Assembly (NCBI GenBank): GCA_964344705.1 | Contig: CAYFOG010000003.1 | Span: 16,715-80,714, forward strand | Origin: Candidatus Woesearchaeota archaeon | GTDB lineage: Archaea; Nanobdellota; Nanobdellia; UBA10117; ARS21 | Direction of reading: 5' to 3' | Length of the DNA stretch: 64,000 nucleotides | In this document: positions 47,343 to 58,310 of the stretch, piece by piece | How the letters are laid out: each line of letters starts with the position of its first letter | Numbering within the stretch: position 1 is the first letter of the stretch | Position numbers and translations under genes: made by a program | The notes under the pieces: generated by a model | Database searches by the model: none | What the model was told of the DNA's origin: nothing | The model's input: only the letters and a program-made list of their open reading frames with translations

Positions 47343-49205
47343 ATGGGTTTTAAGAATACATCTGAACTTGAAGTTCCCAATAAACTTGTAGATAAAATTA
47401 TTGGACAATCCAAAGCAGTTTCAATTATCAAAAAAGCTGCAAAACAAGGAAGACACGTTCTTTTGATTGGTGAACCGGGCACTGGGAAATCAATGCTTGG
47501 TCAGGCTTTAGCCGAAATTGCACCGCGGCAAAATTTACAAGACATCTTAGTTATACCTAATCTCAAAGATGAAAACAATCCAAAGATTCGTTCTTTACCT
47601 TCTGGACGAGGACAAGAGATAATTTCACGAGCTAAACAAAGAGCAGATATTGGTAACCGAAGACAAACAGTTGTGTTCTTCTTTTTGGCAATCATTGCGG
47701 CATTCTTCCCTTGGTGGATTCGAAATAACTATGGAGATATTATGGCAGCAGCTTCACTTATTTCTGGAATGATGTTCTTGTTACTTTATGGAGTCATGAC
47801 TAGCATGGGTGCAAAGCGAAAACAAATTCTTGAGCCAAAACTTCTCATTGATACAGCAAAAAATAATGCTGCGCCGTTTATTGATGCAACGGGAGCACAT
47901 GCCGGAGCTTTACTTGGTGATGTTCGACACGATCCATTTCAATCCGGAGGATTAGGAACGCCTGCGCATATGCGAGTTGAGCCAGGAATGATTCACAGAG
48001 CAAATCAAGGAGTTTTATTTATTGATGAAGTGGCGACACTCAATCCAACAACTCAACAAGATCTTTTGACGGCCATGCAGGATCGAAAATATTCAATCAC
48101 TGGACAATCTGAACGGAGTGCGGGCGCAATGGTTCGAACTGACCCGGTTCCGTGCAAATTTATTTTAGTTGCGGCAGGAAATACAGATACAATTCAAAAA
48201 ATGCATCCTGCTTTAAGATCCAGAGTTCGAGGGTATGGATATGAAGTTGTAATGGACAAGTTTATTGATGACACGCCAAAGAACAGAGATTATTATTATA
48301 GGTTTATTGCACAAGAAGTTTTGAAGGATGGAAAAATTCCACATTTTGATAAGAAAGCATGTGATGAAATTATTAGAATTGCTCGGAGAATGGCGGGCCG
48401 TAAAAGCAAACTAACTCTTAAATTTAGAGAACTTGGAGGAATTGTTCGCGGAGCGGGCGATTTAGCATCAGAGGAAAACAGTAAATATGTCGAACTTAAA
48501 CATGTTCGTGCAGCCATGAAGATTTCAAAGACTTTGGAACAACAGCTTGCTGACAAACACATTGAACACATTTCAGATTACAGAATTATTCGTAGCGAAG
48601 GAACAGAAGTTGGAAGAGTAAATGGTCTGGCAGTTATCGGAGATTCGGGAATTGTTTTACCGATTGAAAGTGAGGTTGCAAAAGGCGGAAAGAAACGAGA
48701 AATTATTGCAACAGGAAAGCTTGGAAAGATTGCAAAAGAGGCAATCGACAATGTTAGCGCAATAATCATGAAACATTTTGGAGAAGACATCAAAGATAAG
48801 TATGACTTGTATGTTCAGTTTATTCAAACTTATGAAGGTATTGAAGGAGATTCTGCGAGCGTTTCAGTTGCAAGTTCAATTATATCTGCTTTGAGAAATG
48901 TACCATTGAAACAAAATGTTGCAATGACTGGAAGTCTATCTGTTCGTGGAGAAGTTCTACCTGTTGGTGGAGTGACTCCCAAGATTGAAGCTGCAATCGA
49001 GGCAGGTTTGAAGGAAGTAATAATTCCAAAACAAAATGAAAAAGATATTGTGCTAAGTCCTACTATGCGGAGAAAAATTAAGATTCATTTTGCAGATAAT
49101 TTAATTGACGTTCTAAAAATATCGCTTGACAATCGAAAAGGTAAAAAGGTAATTCAAGCATTGAAGACTAATGGAATTAAATCCCGAAAAACTAAAAAGA
49201 ATTGA
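47343..49205 (+). CDS. lonB: archaeal membrane-bound Lon protease (LonB)
   Basis: AAA+ Walker A GEPGTGKS, a two-TM insertion within the ATPase domain ([13 protein letters not shown]...), and a C-terminal protease domain with catalytic Ser in [11 protein letters not shown] plus a downstream Lys. Confidence 0.9.
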   Translation: MGFKNTSELEVPNKLVDKIIGQSKAVSIIKKAAKQGRHVLLIGEPGTGKSMLGQALAEIAPRQNLQDILVIPNLKDENNPKIRSLPSGRGQEIISRAKQRADIGNRRQTVVFFFLAIIAAFFPWWIRNNYGDIMAAASLISGMMFLLLYGVMTSMGAKRKQILEPKLLIDTAKNNAAPFIDATGAHAGALLGDVRHDPFQSGGLGTPAHMRVEPGMIHRANQGVLFIDEVATLNPTTQQDLLTAMQDRKYSITGQSERSAGAMVRTDPVPCKFILVAAGNTDTIQKMHPALRSRVRGYGYEVVMDKFIDDTPKNRDYYYRFIAQEVLKDGKIPHFDKKACDEIIRIARRMAGRKSKLTLKFRELGGIVRGAGDLASEENSKYVELKHVRAAMKISKTLEQQLADKHIEHISDYRIIRSEGTEVGRVNGLAVIGDSGIVLPIESEVAKGGKKREIIATGKLGKIAKEAIDNVSAIIMKHFGEDIKDKYDLYVQFIQTYEGIEGDSASVSVASSIISALRNVPLKQNVAMTGSLSVRGEVLPVGGVTPKIEAAIEAGLKEVIIPKQNEKDIVLSPTMRRKIKIHFADNLIDVLKISLDNRKGKKVIQALKTNGIKSRKTKKN

Positions 49206-49326
49206 GGCAGTTTTATCTCGTTCAGATTTTAAGAGTGTTGAAGAATTTGTGAACCATGCAGTTGAAATGTTATTATTTGCTGAAGAGAACAGAGACAAGT
49301 TTGCTAAGATGGTCGGCAGTGAGTGA
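49171..49326 (+). CDS. possible small ORF (51 aa) overlapping the lonB 3' end, weak ribbon-helix-helix-like pattern
   Basis: ATG at 49171 in a different frame from lonB; [36 protein letters not shown]... Too short for the ORF track. Speculative. Confidence 0.15.
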   Translation: MELNPEKLKRIEAVLSRSDFKSVEEFVNHAVEMLLFAEENRDKFAKMVGSE

Positions 49327-49347
49327 CAAAATCGTTTTAAATTTTAC

Positions 49348-50808
49348 GTGGTTCTTTTTCCTATGAAAATAAAATTGCGTGAAGGAGATATTTATGAATG
49401 TAAGGAAAGCATTCTACTTTTTCTGACTGAAGAACAAATCAAAAATTTGGATAGCAAACTAGTTGATTTAGCAGATAGTTCAATTCACGCAGAAAATTTT
49501 AAAGGTAAAAAATATGAGGCATTGGTTGTTCCAGTTGTAGGTCGAAGTTTTGACAGAATTGTTATGGTCGGCCTCGGCAAACGCGAAGAATTAAACAATG
49601 AAATCTTTCGCAGAGCGGCAAATGTTGGTGTACAAGTGTTTTCAAAATTAAAAGTTAAAGAATTCTCAACTTTTGCAGAATATGATGTGGATATTGTTCG
49701 AGCACTCTCAGATGGATTCAGACTTTCAAATTATTCTTTTGATAAATATAAAACTGAAAAGGATGACAAATTTCTAAGAGTTCAAAAAATTGATATGTAC
49801 GTACATGAGATTAAAGATGACTTCAAAAAAGCAATTGATTTTTCTGAAGCAACCTGTGAGGCCACAAATTTTGTTAGAGATTTACAGACAGATGATGCAG
49901 ATGTTGTTAATCCAGAGTATCTAGCAGATTTGGCAAAAAGCATGTCAACAAAATATCGATTACATTTGGAATTATTGGATCGGGCTGCTTTGAAACGCAA
50001 AGGCTTAGGCTTGCTTCTTGGTGTCGGACAGGGAAGTAGATTTGAACCTCATTTAATAATTCTTGAATACAAAGGAAATCCAAGTTCCAAGGAAAAGATT
50101 GCAATTGTTGGTAAAGGCGTTACTTATGACACTGGCGGATTGGATATCAAACTTCGTTCAATGAAGGAAATGAATACAGATATGTCTGGTGCGGCAGTAG
50201 TTTTAGGAATTGTGAGAGCTGCGGCTGAATTAAAACTAAAGAAAAATATTTTAGCAGTTGCACCTGTTGTTGAGAACGCAGTAGGATCAAAAGCGTACAA
50301 ACCTGGAACAATTCTAGATTCTTATCTTGGAAAAACTGTCGAGATTGGAAACACAGATGCAGAAGGTCGACTAGCGCTCGCAGACGCAATGGCATATGTT
50401 GTTAAGAATTACAAACCAAAGAGAATTGTGGATTTTGCAACTCTGACTGGTTCAATTGTCGCTGCACTGGGTGAAGATTATGCGGGATTATTTTCAACTG
50501 ATAACGTTGCAGATAAAATTATTGAATCTGGAGATTATGTCGGCGAGAAAGTTTGGCGAATGCCTTTGCCTGAAGATTATGAAGAATTATTAAAATCAAA
50601 AATTGCTGATTTGAACAACATTTCAAGCTCGAATTATGGTGGCGCAATAACTGCTGCATTGTTTTTGAAGAATTTTGTTGGAGAAACTCCTTGGACACAT
50701 ATTGATATTGCTGGAACTGCGCGAGGTTCAAAACGAAAACACTATTGGCCAATATATGGGACGGGATTTGGAGTGCGTCTTGTTTTGGAATGGCTAAGAA
50801 AGAATTAA
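49348..50808 (+). CDS. pepA: leucyl aminopeptidase (M17 family)
   Basis: NTDAEGRLALADA metal-binding motif and GKGVTYDTGG; 486 aa. Confidence 0.9.
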   Translation: MVLFPMKIKLREGDIYECKESILLFLTEEQIKNLDSKLVDLADSSIHAENFKGKKYEALVVPVVGRSFDRIVMVGLGKREELNNEIFRRAANVGVQVFSKLKVKEFSTFAEYDVDIVRALSDGFRLSNYSFDKYKTEKDDKFLRVQKIDMYVHEIKDDFKKAIDFSEATCEATNFVRDLQTDDADVVNPEYLADLAKSMSTKYRLHLELLDRAALKRKGLGLLLGVGQGSRFEPHLIILEYKGNPSSKEKIAIVGKGVTYDTGGLDIKLRSMKEMNTDMSGAAVVLGIVRAAAELKLKKNILAVAPVVENAVGSKAYKPGTILDSYLGKTVEIGNTDAEGRLALADAMAYVVKNYKPKRIVDFATLTGSIVAALGEDYAGLFSTDNVADKIIESGDYVGEKVWRMPLPEDYEELLKSKIADLNNISSSNYGGAITAALFLKNFVGETPWTHIDIAGTARGSKRKHYWPIYGTGFGVRLVLEWLRKN

Positions 50809-50862
50809 TTTTTTACTACGTCGCGTCGTAATCCTTAAAAGCCTGTAAGCTCATGTTTCATT

Positions 50863-52134
50863 ATGTTAGATATCAAACTGTTTCGTGAAAAACCTGACTT
50901 AATTCGTGGTTCTGAGAAAATGCGCTTTAAAAATCCAAAAGTAGTAGACCAAGTTATACGACTCGACAACCGATGGAGAAAAACAATTCATGAAATGGAG
51001 AAGCTTAAGGCCGAGCGGAATAAAGTTTCCAAGGAAATCAATGCTTTGAAGAAGTCAGGTAAGAACGGAGTGACGAAGATTCGCGCGATGAAGAAAGTTG
51101 GACAAGACATCAAAGATTTACAAGTTAAAGCTGATAAATTAATTATCCAAAGAGATGAACTTCGATACAAAGTTGGAAATATTTTACACAAATCTGTTCC
51201 AGTTGCTAAAACTGAAGAAGGAAATGAAATTGTTCGGAAGCGCGGTAAACTTCCAAAATTCAGCTTTCCAGTTAAACATCAAGTTGATTTGCTACTCGAT
51301 TTAGATCTGGCAGATTTTGACAAAGCTTCAAAAGTTTCAGGAGCACGATTCTATTATTTGAAGAATGAATTAGTTATACTCAATTTTGCGATTCTCAGAT
51401 ATGCAATGGATACTTTAGTTAAGCAAGGATTTACTCCAATGTGGACACCAGTTCTTTTGCGACACGAACCAATGAAAGCTGCAGCCGAACTTGGAGATTT
51501 TGAAGAACAACTTTACAAAATTCAAGATGAAGATTTGTATCTGATTGCAACATCTGAACAAACACTTGCAACTTTCCATATGAATGATGTGTTTAATTGG
51601 AAAGATTTGCCAAAAGCTTATACTGCCTATTCCTCATGTTTCAGAAAAGAAGCAGGAAGTCACGGAAAAGACACTAAAGGAATTTTTAGAGTTCACCAAT
51701 TTGATAAAATTGAACAGTATGTGTTCTGTCATCCAGATGAAAGTTGGAAGTGGCATGAAAAGATGATTGAAGTTACTGAAGATATTTTCAAAGGCTTGGA
51801 AATTCCTTACCAAATCGTGAATATTGCATCAGGAGAGATGAATGATAACGGATCCAAGAAGTATGATATTGAAGGATGGTTTCCTGCTCAAAATAAATAT
51901 CGCGAATTATGTTCTGGAACTAACGTTACTGACTATCAAGCTCGAAAGGTTAATGTTAAATTCGATGACCGAGATGGTCGCCGTAAAGTGGTCCATACTT
52001 TGAATTGTACGGCTGTTGCGAGCGAAAGAACAATGGCTTGTTTGCTTGAGAATAATCAGCAAAAAGATGGCTCTGTCAAAATTCCTAAAGCGCTTTGGAA
52101 ATATACTGGATTCAAAGCAATCAAACCAAAATGA
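50863..52134 (+). CDS. serS: seryl-tRNA synthetase (class II)
   Basis: N-terminal coiled-coil arm (MLDIKLFRE...) plus a class II catalytic core (FRKEAGSHGKDTKGIFRVHQF, GSGTNVTD). Confidence 0.9.
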   Translation: MLDIKLFREKPDLIRGSEKMRFKNPKVVDQVIRLDNRWRKTIHEMEKLKAERNKVSKEINALKKSGKNGVTKIRAMKKVGQDIKDLQVKADKLIIQRDELRYKVGNILHKSVPVAKTEEGNEIVRKRGKLPKFSFPVKHQVDLLLDLDLADFDKASKVSGARFYYLKNELVILNFAILRYAMDTLVKQGFTPMWTPVLLRHEPMKAAAELGDFEEQLYKIQDEDLYLIATSEQTLATFHMNDVFNWKDLPKAYTAYSSCFRKEAGSHGKDTKGIFRVHQFDKIEQYVFCHPDESWKWHEKMIEVTEDIFKGLEIPYQIVNIASGEMNDNGSKKYDIEGWFPAQNKYRELCSGTNVTDYQARKVNVKFDDRDGRRKVVHTLNCTAVASERTMACLLENNQQKDGSVKIPKALWKYTGFKAIKPK

Positions 52135-52793
52135 AAATTCTAGCATTTACAGATTTCCATGGAAATGAAAAGACAATATACAAGATATTGAAACGTGCTG
52201 AGAAAGAAAACCCTGATGTTTTAGTTTGTACAGGAGATTTTACAACATTTGGAAAGAATCTCAATAAAATAATGTCAAAATTTTTGATTGGCAAGCCTTT
52301 AGTATTTATTCCTGGAAATCATGAAGACAATGAGAAGTCTTTGTACGTTTTTGCTAAAAAACCTGAAGCTCTACTTGTTCATCAAACCGCGATTGTTGTT
52401 GGAGGTATTTTGTTTGTTGGAAGTGGAGGAGGAATTTATGGAAAAACTGAACCAACTCTAGATATCTCAAAGAAAATTTTGACTCTAAAGATTAAGAACT
52501 TCAAGAATAACCATCCGGACGGGAAAGTTGTGTTCTTGACACATCGTCCCGCTTATGGAACTAAGTGTGATTTTATGTCAGATATCAAAGAACATGTCGG
52601 CGCGACAAATATTACTGAATTCATTGAGAAGAATACAATTGATTTGCATATTTGCGGACACATTCATGAATGTTTCAATACTCGAGATAAGATTGGAAAG
52701 ACCATTACTATGAATCCAGGTCCAGATGGGACAATAATTAATGTTTCAAATAAAATTACTATTTCAAAAAATAATTCATTTAGTAGATTTTAA
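52131..52793 (+). CDS. calcineurin-like metallophosphoesterase
   Basis: MKILAFTDFHGN...VCTGDFT...GNHED motifs. The ATG overlaps the serS stop (ATGA). The track's longer start at 52095 lies inside serS. Confidence 0.65.
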   Translation: MKILAFTDFHGNEKTIYKILKRAEKENPDVLVCTGDFTTFGKNLNKIMSKFLIGKPLVFIPGNHEDNEKSLYVFAKKPEALLVHQTAIVVGGILFVGSGGGIYGKTEPTLDISKKILTLKIKNFKNNHPDGKVVFLTHRPAYGTKCDFMSDIKEHVGATNITEFIEKNTIDLHICGHIHECFNTRDKIGKTITMNPGPDGTIINVSNKITISKNNSFSRF

Positions 52794-52799
52794 AACTAG

Positions 52800-54854
52800 T
52801 TGTCTAGTGATATTTTTATGGTGGAGTTAATTATCTCTGAGAAACCGTCTGCTGCTGAAAAAATTGCTGCAAGTTTTGATAAGTCTAGTTTGAAGCGTCT
52901 TAATGGAGTGAAGTATTGGGAAGCAGATAATGGAAATATTCTGATTGGTTCTGCAGTTGGACATTTGTTTGGTTTAAAGAAAACTGAGAGATTTTATCCA
53001 GTGTTTAATCTTGAGTGGCAACCATCTTATTCAAGTCGCGGAGGCGCCTTTCAAAAACCATATTTTCAAACTTTGAAAAGTCTTGGAAAGAAAGCCGATG
53101 CGGTAACTGTTGCGACAGACTATGATATCGAAGGAGAAGTTATTGGTCTGAATGTTGTTCGTGAGTTGTTAGGTTTGAAGGACGCAAACAGAATGAAGTT
53201 CTCTACACTTACGGTTGAGGAGTTACGAGAAGCATACAAAAATAAAACTAAGACTTTAGATTGGGGACAAGCAAATGCCGGAGTTGTTCGACATACTCTT
53301 GATTGGTATTATGGAATTAACTTGTCTCAAATAATTTCCAAATCACTTTCAGCTGTTTTGAACAGATATCAGCCTTTGAGCATTGGAAGAGTTCAAGGAC
53401 CTGCGCTTGCGATATTGGCTGAACGTGAGCTTGAAATTAAGAAGTTTAAACCTGAACCTTTTTGGCAGATTTTTGCAAACCTTTGGTTGAATTCTCAGAA
53501 GTTTCAAGCAGTTCATGAGAAAGATAAGTTCTGGAAAAAGGCCAATGCTGATAAAATATTTGCAAAGGTTAAAGATAAGCCTGGACGAATTGTTGATATT
53601 AAGAAACGCAAGCAAAAAGTTCCAGTTCCAGTTCCGTTTGATTTAACATCCCTTCAAATTGAAGCTTATAGAGTTTTCAAATACAGTCCGTCAATGACTT
53701 TGAAGATCGCTCAAACGCTTTACACTAAAGCCTTAATTTCATATCCTCGAACTTCAAGTCAGAAGTTGCCAAAGGCTTTGAATTTCAAGAAAATAATTTC
53801 CAAACTCGGTTCAAATCCTGCTTATTATGAAATCGCTAAAGAAGTTTTAGCTACTAAATTGATTCCGAAACAAGGTCGAAAGTCTGATCCTGCGCATCCA
53901 GCAATTCATCCAACAGGTGAAAGAGCTGGAGCTTTGGCTGAACCGGACAGGAGAATCTATGATTTGATTGTTAGACGATTCTTTTCCGTATTTGGTCAAG
54001 ATGGAGAACGCGAGACAACGGCAGTCAGGATAGATGTTGAGAAAGAGATTTTCAAATTTTCTGGGACTGTTACAACTAACACTGCTTGGCAGAAATGGTA
54101 CGGCCCTTATGCTTTGCGGAAAGAACTTGAATTGCCCCCACTTAAAGTTGGACAAGTGTTGAATCAGAATACTGAACTGCTTGAGAAAGAAACTCAACCG
54201 CCTGCGCGATATAATGTTGCATCTTTGATTAAACTATTGGAGAAATTGAACTTAGGAACTAAAGCGACACGTTCGCAAATTATTGAAACGCTTGTGAAGA
54301 GGAATTATGTTCAAGGCAATCCGATGGAAGTCACTGAGTTTGGAATGAAAGTTTATCATGTCTTCAAGAAACACGCGCCAGAAGTTTTGAGTGCGAAGTT
54401 AACTCGAAATTTTGAAAAAGGAATGGACGGAATTCGTGAGGGCAAAGTTAAACCTGAAGCAGTTATAAAAGTTGGACAAGATGCAGTTACTAAATTATAC
54501 TCTCAGTTGAAGGAAAGTTCTGAAGCGATTGGTAAAGCGCTATCTGCAAGTTTTGTTGAAACCAAAAAGAAACAAGTTACGTTGTTTAAGTGTGTAAAGT
54601 GTAAGAAAAATGATTTAGTTGTTCGAAGGTCGCGCGCGTCTCGGAAAAGATTTATTGCTTGTTCAGGTTATCCTAAGTGTAAATTTACTTGGCCTCTTCC
54701 TCAGAAAGGAATTTTGAGCGTGGTAAAAAATAAAAAGTGTGAGTACTGTAATATACAAATGTTGCAGACGCGATCTGGTCGACGACGACCTTGGATTTTC
54801 TGCCCAAATCCAGATTGTGAAAGTAAAAAGAAAGATGAAACCGAAGACAGTTGA
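52800..54854 (+). CDS. topA: type IA DNA topoisomerase (Topo I/III-like) with C-terminal zinc ribbons
   Basis: Toprim (ELIISEKPSAAEKIA, TDYDIEGE), active-site Tyr region ISYPRTSSQ, and C-terminal CxxC...CxxC repeats (CVKCKK..., CSGYPKC, CEYC...CPNPDC). Confidence 0.85.
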   Translation: MSSDIFMVELIISEKPSAAEKIAASFDKSSLKRLNGVKYWEADNGNILIGSAVGHLFGLKKTERFYPVFNLEWQPSYSSRGGAFQKPYFQTLKSLGKKADAVTVATDYDIEGEVIGLNVVRELLGLKDANRMKFSTLTVEELREAYKNKTKTLDWGQANAGVVRHTLDWYYGINLSQIISKSLSAVLNRYQPLSIGRVQGPALAILAERELEIKKFKPEPFWQIFANLWLNSQKFQAVHEKDKFWKKANADKIFAKVKDKPGRIVDIKKRKQKVPVPVPFDLTSLQIEAYRVFKYSPSMTLKIAQTLYTKALISYPRTSSQKLPKALNFKKIISKLGSNPAYYEIAKEVLATKLIPKQGRKSDPAHPAIHPTGERAGALAEPDRRIYDLIVRRFFSVFGQDGERETTAVRIDVEKEIFKFSGTVTTNTAWQKWYGPYALRKELELPPLKVGQVLNQNTELLEKETQPPARYNVASLIKLLEKLNLGTKATRSQIIETLVKRNYVQGNPMEVTEFGMKVYHVFKKHAPEVLSAKLTRNFEKGMDGIREGKVKPEAVIKVGQDAVTKLYSQLKESSEAIGKALSASFVETKKKQVTLFKCVKCKKNDLVVRRSRASRKRFIACSGYPKCKFTWPLPQKGILSVVKNKKCEYCNIQMLQTRSGRRRPWIFCPNPDCESKKKDETEDS

Positions 54855-54974
54855 ACAAGACTTGCAAAGTTTGAATGAGGACGAGCTTTTATCCAATTGG
54901 AAAGAACGCAAATGGAATTGGATTTGGTATGTTGCGGCGTTTCTAGTATTTATTGTAATCTTTTACTATATGTT

Positions 54975-55670
54975 TTAAAACAAACTGAATTTTCGTTTTT
55001 CAGTTGCTTCTTCAATATTTTCTTGAGTGATTTTGAAATTTACTTCTTTTCTTGGAATTGAGCGATGTTTGAGAAGTTTAAGAATTCGCCCAGTTTCTCG
55101 AATTTCTAATTTTACTATACATTTTGATGTGTATTTCATTAAGTCTCCACCAACCATTTTGATATCATTCTTTCTTTCAAAGTCAGCATAGACTTGATTT
55201 GTTAGCAGAATTGGAATTACTAATTTGTGAGATATTTTCCTGAGTATGCTGAGTTGTCGAGCCATTTCTTTATTTACGTCGTAGGCTTCTCTTTCTCCAA
55301 GCTCCAATCTATAAAGCATAGATATGGAATCGACCACAATTAGTTTCGGTTTATGTTCTTCTGAAAATTTTTCAAGACTATTGAAGAGGTCTGTTTGCTC
55401 TTTGAACGTTGTTGGCTTGAAGATTATTAGATTTTTTAATCTGCGCTCATGAGTCTCAGGAAACATTTGCTTTACTCTGTCTATTGAAAAGCCACCTTCT
55501 GTGTCAATGAAGATAATTTTCTTGTTTTTTGCGTTGTAAAGTGCAGCGAGAATTGCTATATTAGTTTTTCCCGATCCACTTGGCCCATAGATTGTTGTGG
55601 TAACTTCATTTTCTAGTCCACCTTCCAGAATATTGTCGATAAGTTCAGAACCCGTACTACATCGTTTCAT
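54975..55670 (-). CDS. radB: RadB / KaiC-like RecA-superfamily ATPase (archaeal Rad51 paralog)
   Basis: Walker A TIYGPSGSGKTN and Walker B LIVVDS; 231 aa, the size of RadB rather than RadA. Confidence 0.75.
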   Translation of the reverse strand: MKRCSTGSELIDNILEGGLENEVTTTIYGPSGSGKTNIAILAALYNAKNKKIIFIDTEGGFSIDRVKQMFPETHERRLKNLIIFKPTTFKEQTDLFNSLEKFSEEHKPKLIVVDSISMLYRLELGEREAYDVNKEMARQLSILRKISHKLVIPILLTNQVYADFERKNDIKMVGGDLMKYTSKCIVKLEIRETGRILKLLKHRSIPRKEVNFKITQENIEEATEKRKFSLF

Positions 55671-55702
55671 TTCATAATGTTTTTATATGGACATTTAAGA
55701 TA

Positions 55703-55948
55703 TTGTATATGGTAGTATCTACTCGTAAGAAAGATTATATGAATAAATATAACAAGCGACCTGAAGTTAAAGCGCGAAAAGCAGAATACATGCGCAAAGT
55801 TAGATCTAAGGCTGATCGAGAAGCAGCAGAACGACTTGTCAATTCTTTGTTAGAACAAGGTTTTGAAAATTGGGCGTTCGATATTGCTCAAGAAAGAGCT
55901 CCACATATGTTAGTAACTGCCAAAAATCGAGTTAGAAAGAGAAAGTAA
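55703..55948 (+). CDS. small basic hypothetical protein
   Basis: 81 aa, Lys/Arg-rich (KRPEVKARKAEYMRKVRSK...RVRKRK); no recognised family. Confidence 0.3.
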   Translation: MYMVVSTRKKDYMNKYNKRPEVKARKAEYMRKVRSKADREAAERLVNSLLEQGFENWAFDIAQERAPHMLVTAKNRVRKRK

Positions 55949-55995
55949 AGGCATCCACTCAATCCACTTTTAAAATTTAATGTTTTTCCCTTTTT

Positions 55996-58281
55996 ATGCC
56001 TAAAGCTGAAATTATCTTAAAAGTTCAAGAAGCCGTTCAGGACGACGTTGATAAAGGTGTTGTCCGTGTTGAAAATGAATATTTGAAAAAGCTTGGAATT
56101 GAACAAGGCGATTTTGTTGAAATTCAAGGTGACAAAAAGACTGTCGCTATTGCAGGTAGAGCTTTTCCAGCAGATTTGGGTCTTGGAACTATTCGAATGG
56201 ATCCATTGAGTAGAAAAAATGCTGGAACAAGCGTTTCCGAAAGAGTAACTATTCGCGCAGCTGAAGTTGAAGTTGCAAAAAAAGTTACTTTGGCACCAGC
56301 ACAGAAAGGTGTCCGAATTAAAGCTCCAGCGCAAATGTTTCAACGAGCACTTCTCAGACGACCAATCTCTAAAGGAGATATAGTTACAATCAGCACCTCA
56401 AGACGAAGACGTTTCAATAATCGTGGAGATCCTCTGATGGAATTTGCGGAAGCACTTGCAGGTTTGGATATTGGTGGCGCATTACCATTTATGTCGGGAC
56501 TGCGGTTTGTAGTTGTTAGTGCAACCCCTAAAGGGGCGGTTCTGATTACTGAAGACACTAAGATTGAATTGAGATCTGAGGCCGTACAAATTTCAGAAGA
56601 TGCAGTTCCAGATGTTTCTTATGAGGACATTGGTGGACTTAAAGGTGAAGTTGAAAAAGTCCGTGAAATGATTGAAATTCCAATGAAGCGTCCAGAACTA
56701 TTTGATCGTTTAGGAATTCAACCTCCAAAAGGAGTCCTTCTTTACGGACCGCCCGGAACAGGTAAGACTTTGTTAGCTAAAGCAGTCGCCTCGGAATCTC
56801 AAGCATCTTTTCACTTAATAAATGGTCCAGAAATTATGAGTAAGTTTGTTGGAGATGCTGAAAAGAAAATTAGAGCCATTTTCGATGATGCTGAAAAGGA
56901 AGCCCCAAGCATTATATTCATTGATGAAATTGACGCAATCGCACCGAAGCGAGAAGAAAGTTATGGTGAAGTTGAGCGAAGAGTAGTTGCACAGTTATTG
57001 ACTCTTATGGATGGAATGAAGGGTCGAGGAAAAGTTATCGTCATTGCAGCCACAAATCGGCAGGACGCACTTGATCCAGCACTTAGACGGGGTGGAAGAT
57101 TTGATAGAGAAATTGAAATTGGTGTTCCAAACAAAGAAGGTCGATTACAAGTTTTGAAAATTCATACCAGAAATATGCCGCTAGCAAGAAATGTCAGTTT
57201 GAAGGAATTAGCAGATGTTACTCATGGTTTTGTTGGGGCAGACTTAGAAGCGCTAGCTAAAGAGGCCGCGATGAACGTTATTCGTAGAGTTATTATGAAG
57301 CACGATTTGAAAGATGACGAACCCCTTACTGATGAAATTATGAAGAAACTAGTAGTTAGAATGGCAGATTTCAAAGATGCATTGAAGAATGTTACTCCTT
57401 CAGCTATGCGTGAAATTTTAGTTGAAACTCCAAATGTTCCTTGGGAACGAATTGGAGGTCTGGAGAAAACTAAGGCAGAATTAATTGAATCTGTTGAGTG
57501 GCCAATCAAGAATAGAAAGATGTTCACAGATATGGGAATTAGACCTCCGCGAGGAATTTTACTTTATGGGCCTCCAGGAACAGGTAAGACTTTGTTAGCT
57601 AAAGCAGTCGCAACTGAAAGCGAGGCAAATTTTATTTCTGTTAAAGGTCCAGAACTGCTGAACAAATGGGTTGGAGAATCTGAGAAAGCAGTTCGAGAAA
57701 TATTCAAGAAAGCTAAGCAAGTTGCACCGGCAGTTATTTTCTTTGACGAAATTGATTCTATTGCGGGATCTCGAGGAGCAAGAGAAGGTTCAAAGGTTTC
57801 CGAGAGTGTTGTCAATCAAATTTTAACCGAAATTGACGGTGTTGAAGAACTTAGTGATGTTGTAGTTATCGCTGCGACGAACAGACCCGAATTGGTTGAT
57901 GCTGCATTACTTCGGCCTGGACGATTTGACCGACACTTGTTAGTAAGTCCTCCAAATAAAGAGGCAAGAATTGAAATTCTAAAAGTTCACACTAAAGATG
58001 TTCCTTTAGCCAAAGAGATTTCATTGTCCAATTTAGCCAAAGATATGGATGGATATTCTGGAGCAGATATTGAAGCAGTAGTCCGAGAATCGGCGATGAT
58101 TGTTTTGCGAGAAATCAAAGAAGGAAAAAAAGGCAAAGGAAAAGTTACAAAGAAACATTTTGCTGAAGCTTTGAAGAAAGTTAAACCTTCATTGAGCAAG
58201 CTTGAACTCGATAAGTATCGTGAAGCACTTGAAGCGGCATCTGTAGCTGCGCCAAAGAATGGTCCGAGCTATATGGGTTAA
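55996..58281 (+). CDS. cdc48: CDC48/VCP-type AAA+ ATPase (double AAA cassette)
   Basis: N-domain plus two AAA modules with Walker A GPPGTGKT (twice) and Walker [17 protein letters not shown]; 761 aa. TATA-like cttttaaaattt about 30 bp upstream. Confidence 0.95.
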   Translation: MPKAEIILKVQEAVQDDVDKGVVRVENEYLKKLGIEQGDFVEIQGDKKTVAIAGRAFPADLGLGTIRMDPLSRKNAGTSVSERVTIRAAEVEVAKKVTLAPAQKGVRIKAPAQMFQRALLRRPISKGDIVTISTSRRRRFNNRGDPLMEFAEALAGLDIGGALPFMSGLRFVVVSATPKGAVLITEDTKIELRSEAVQISEDAVPDVSYEDIGGLKGEVEKVREMIEIPMKRPELFDRLGIQPPKGVLLYGPPGTGKTLLAKAVASESQASFHLINGPEIMSKFVGDAEKKIRAIFDDAEKEAPSIIFIDEIDAIAPKREESYGEVERRVVAQLLTLMDGMKGRGKVIVIAATNRQDALDPALRRGGRFDREIEIGVPNKEGRLQVLKIHTRNMPLARNVSLKELADVTHGFVGADLEALAKEAAMNVIRRVIMKHDLKDDEPLTDEIMKKLVVRMADFKDALKNVTPSAMREILVETPNVPWERIGGLEKTKAELIESVEWPIKNRKMFTDMGIRPPRGILLYGPPGTGKTLLAKAVATESEANFISVKGPELLNKWVGESEKAVREIFKKAKQVAPAVIFFDEIDSIAGSRGAREGSKVSESVVNQILTEIDGVEELSDVVVIAATNRPELVDAALLRPGRFDRHLLVSPPNKEARIEILKVHTKDVPLAKEISLSNLAKDMDGYSGADIEAVVRESAMIVLREIKEGKKGKGKVTKKHFAEALKKVKPSLSKLELDKYREALEAASVAAPKNGPSYMG

Positions 58282-58310
58282 GCTTTTTAGTTTGTGCATC
58301 TTAAAATAAT

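Noticed and set aside
54739-54978. 79-aa ORF overlapping the topA 3' end, whose distal part (MKPKTVEQDLQ...WYVAAFLVFIVIFYYMF) would be a small TM peptide
   Set aside because: The listed start lies inside topA in another frame and only about 40 codons lie outside. It is possible but unsupported; no promoter was seen.
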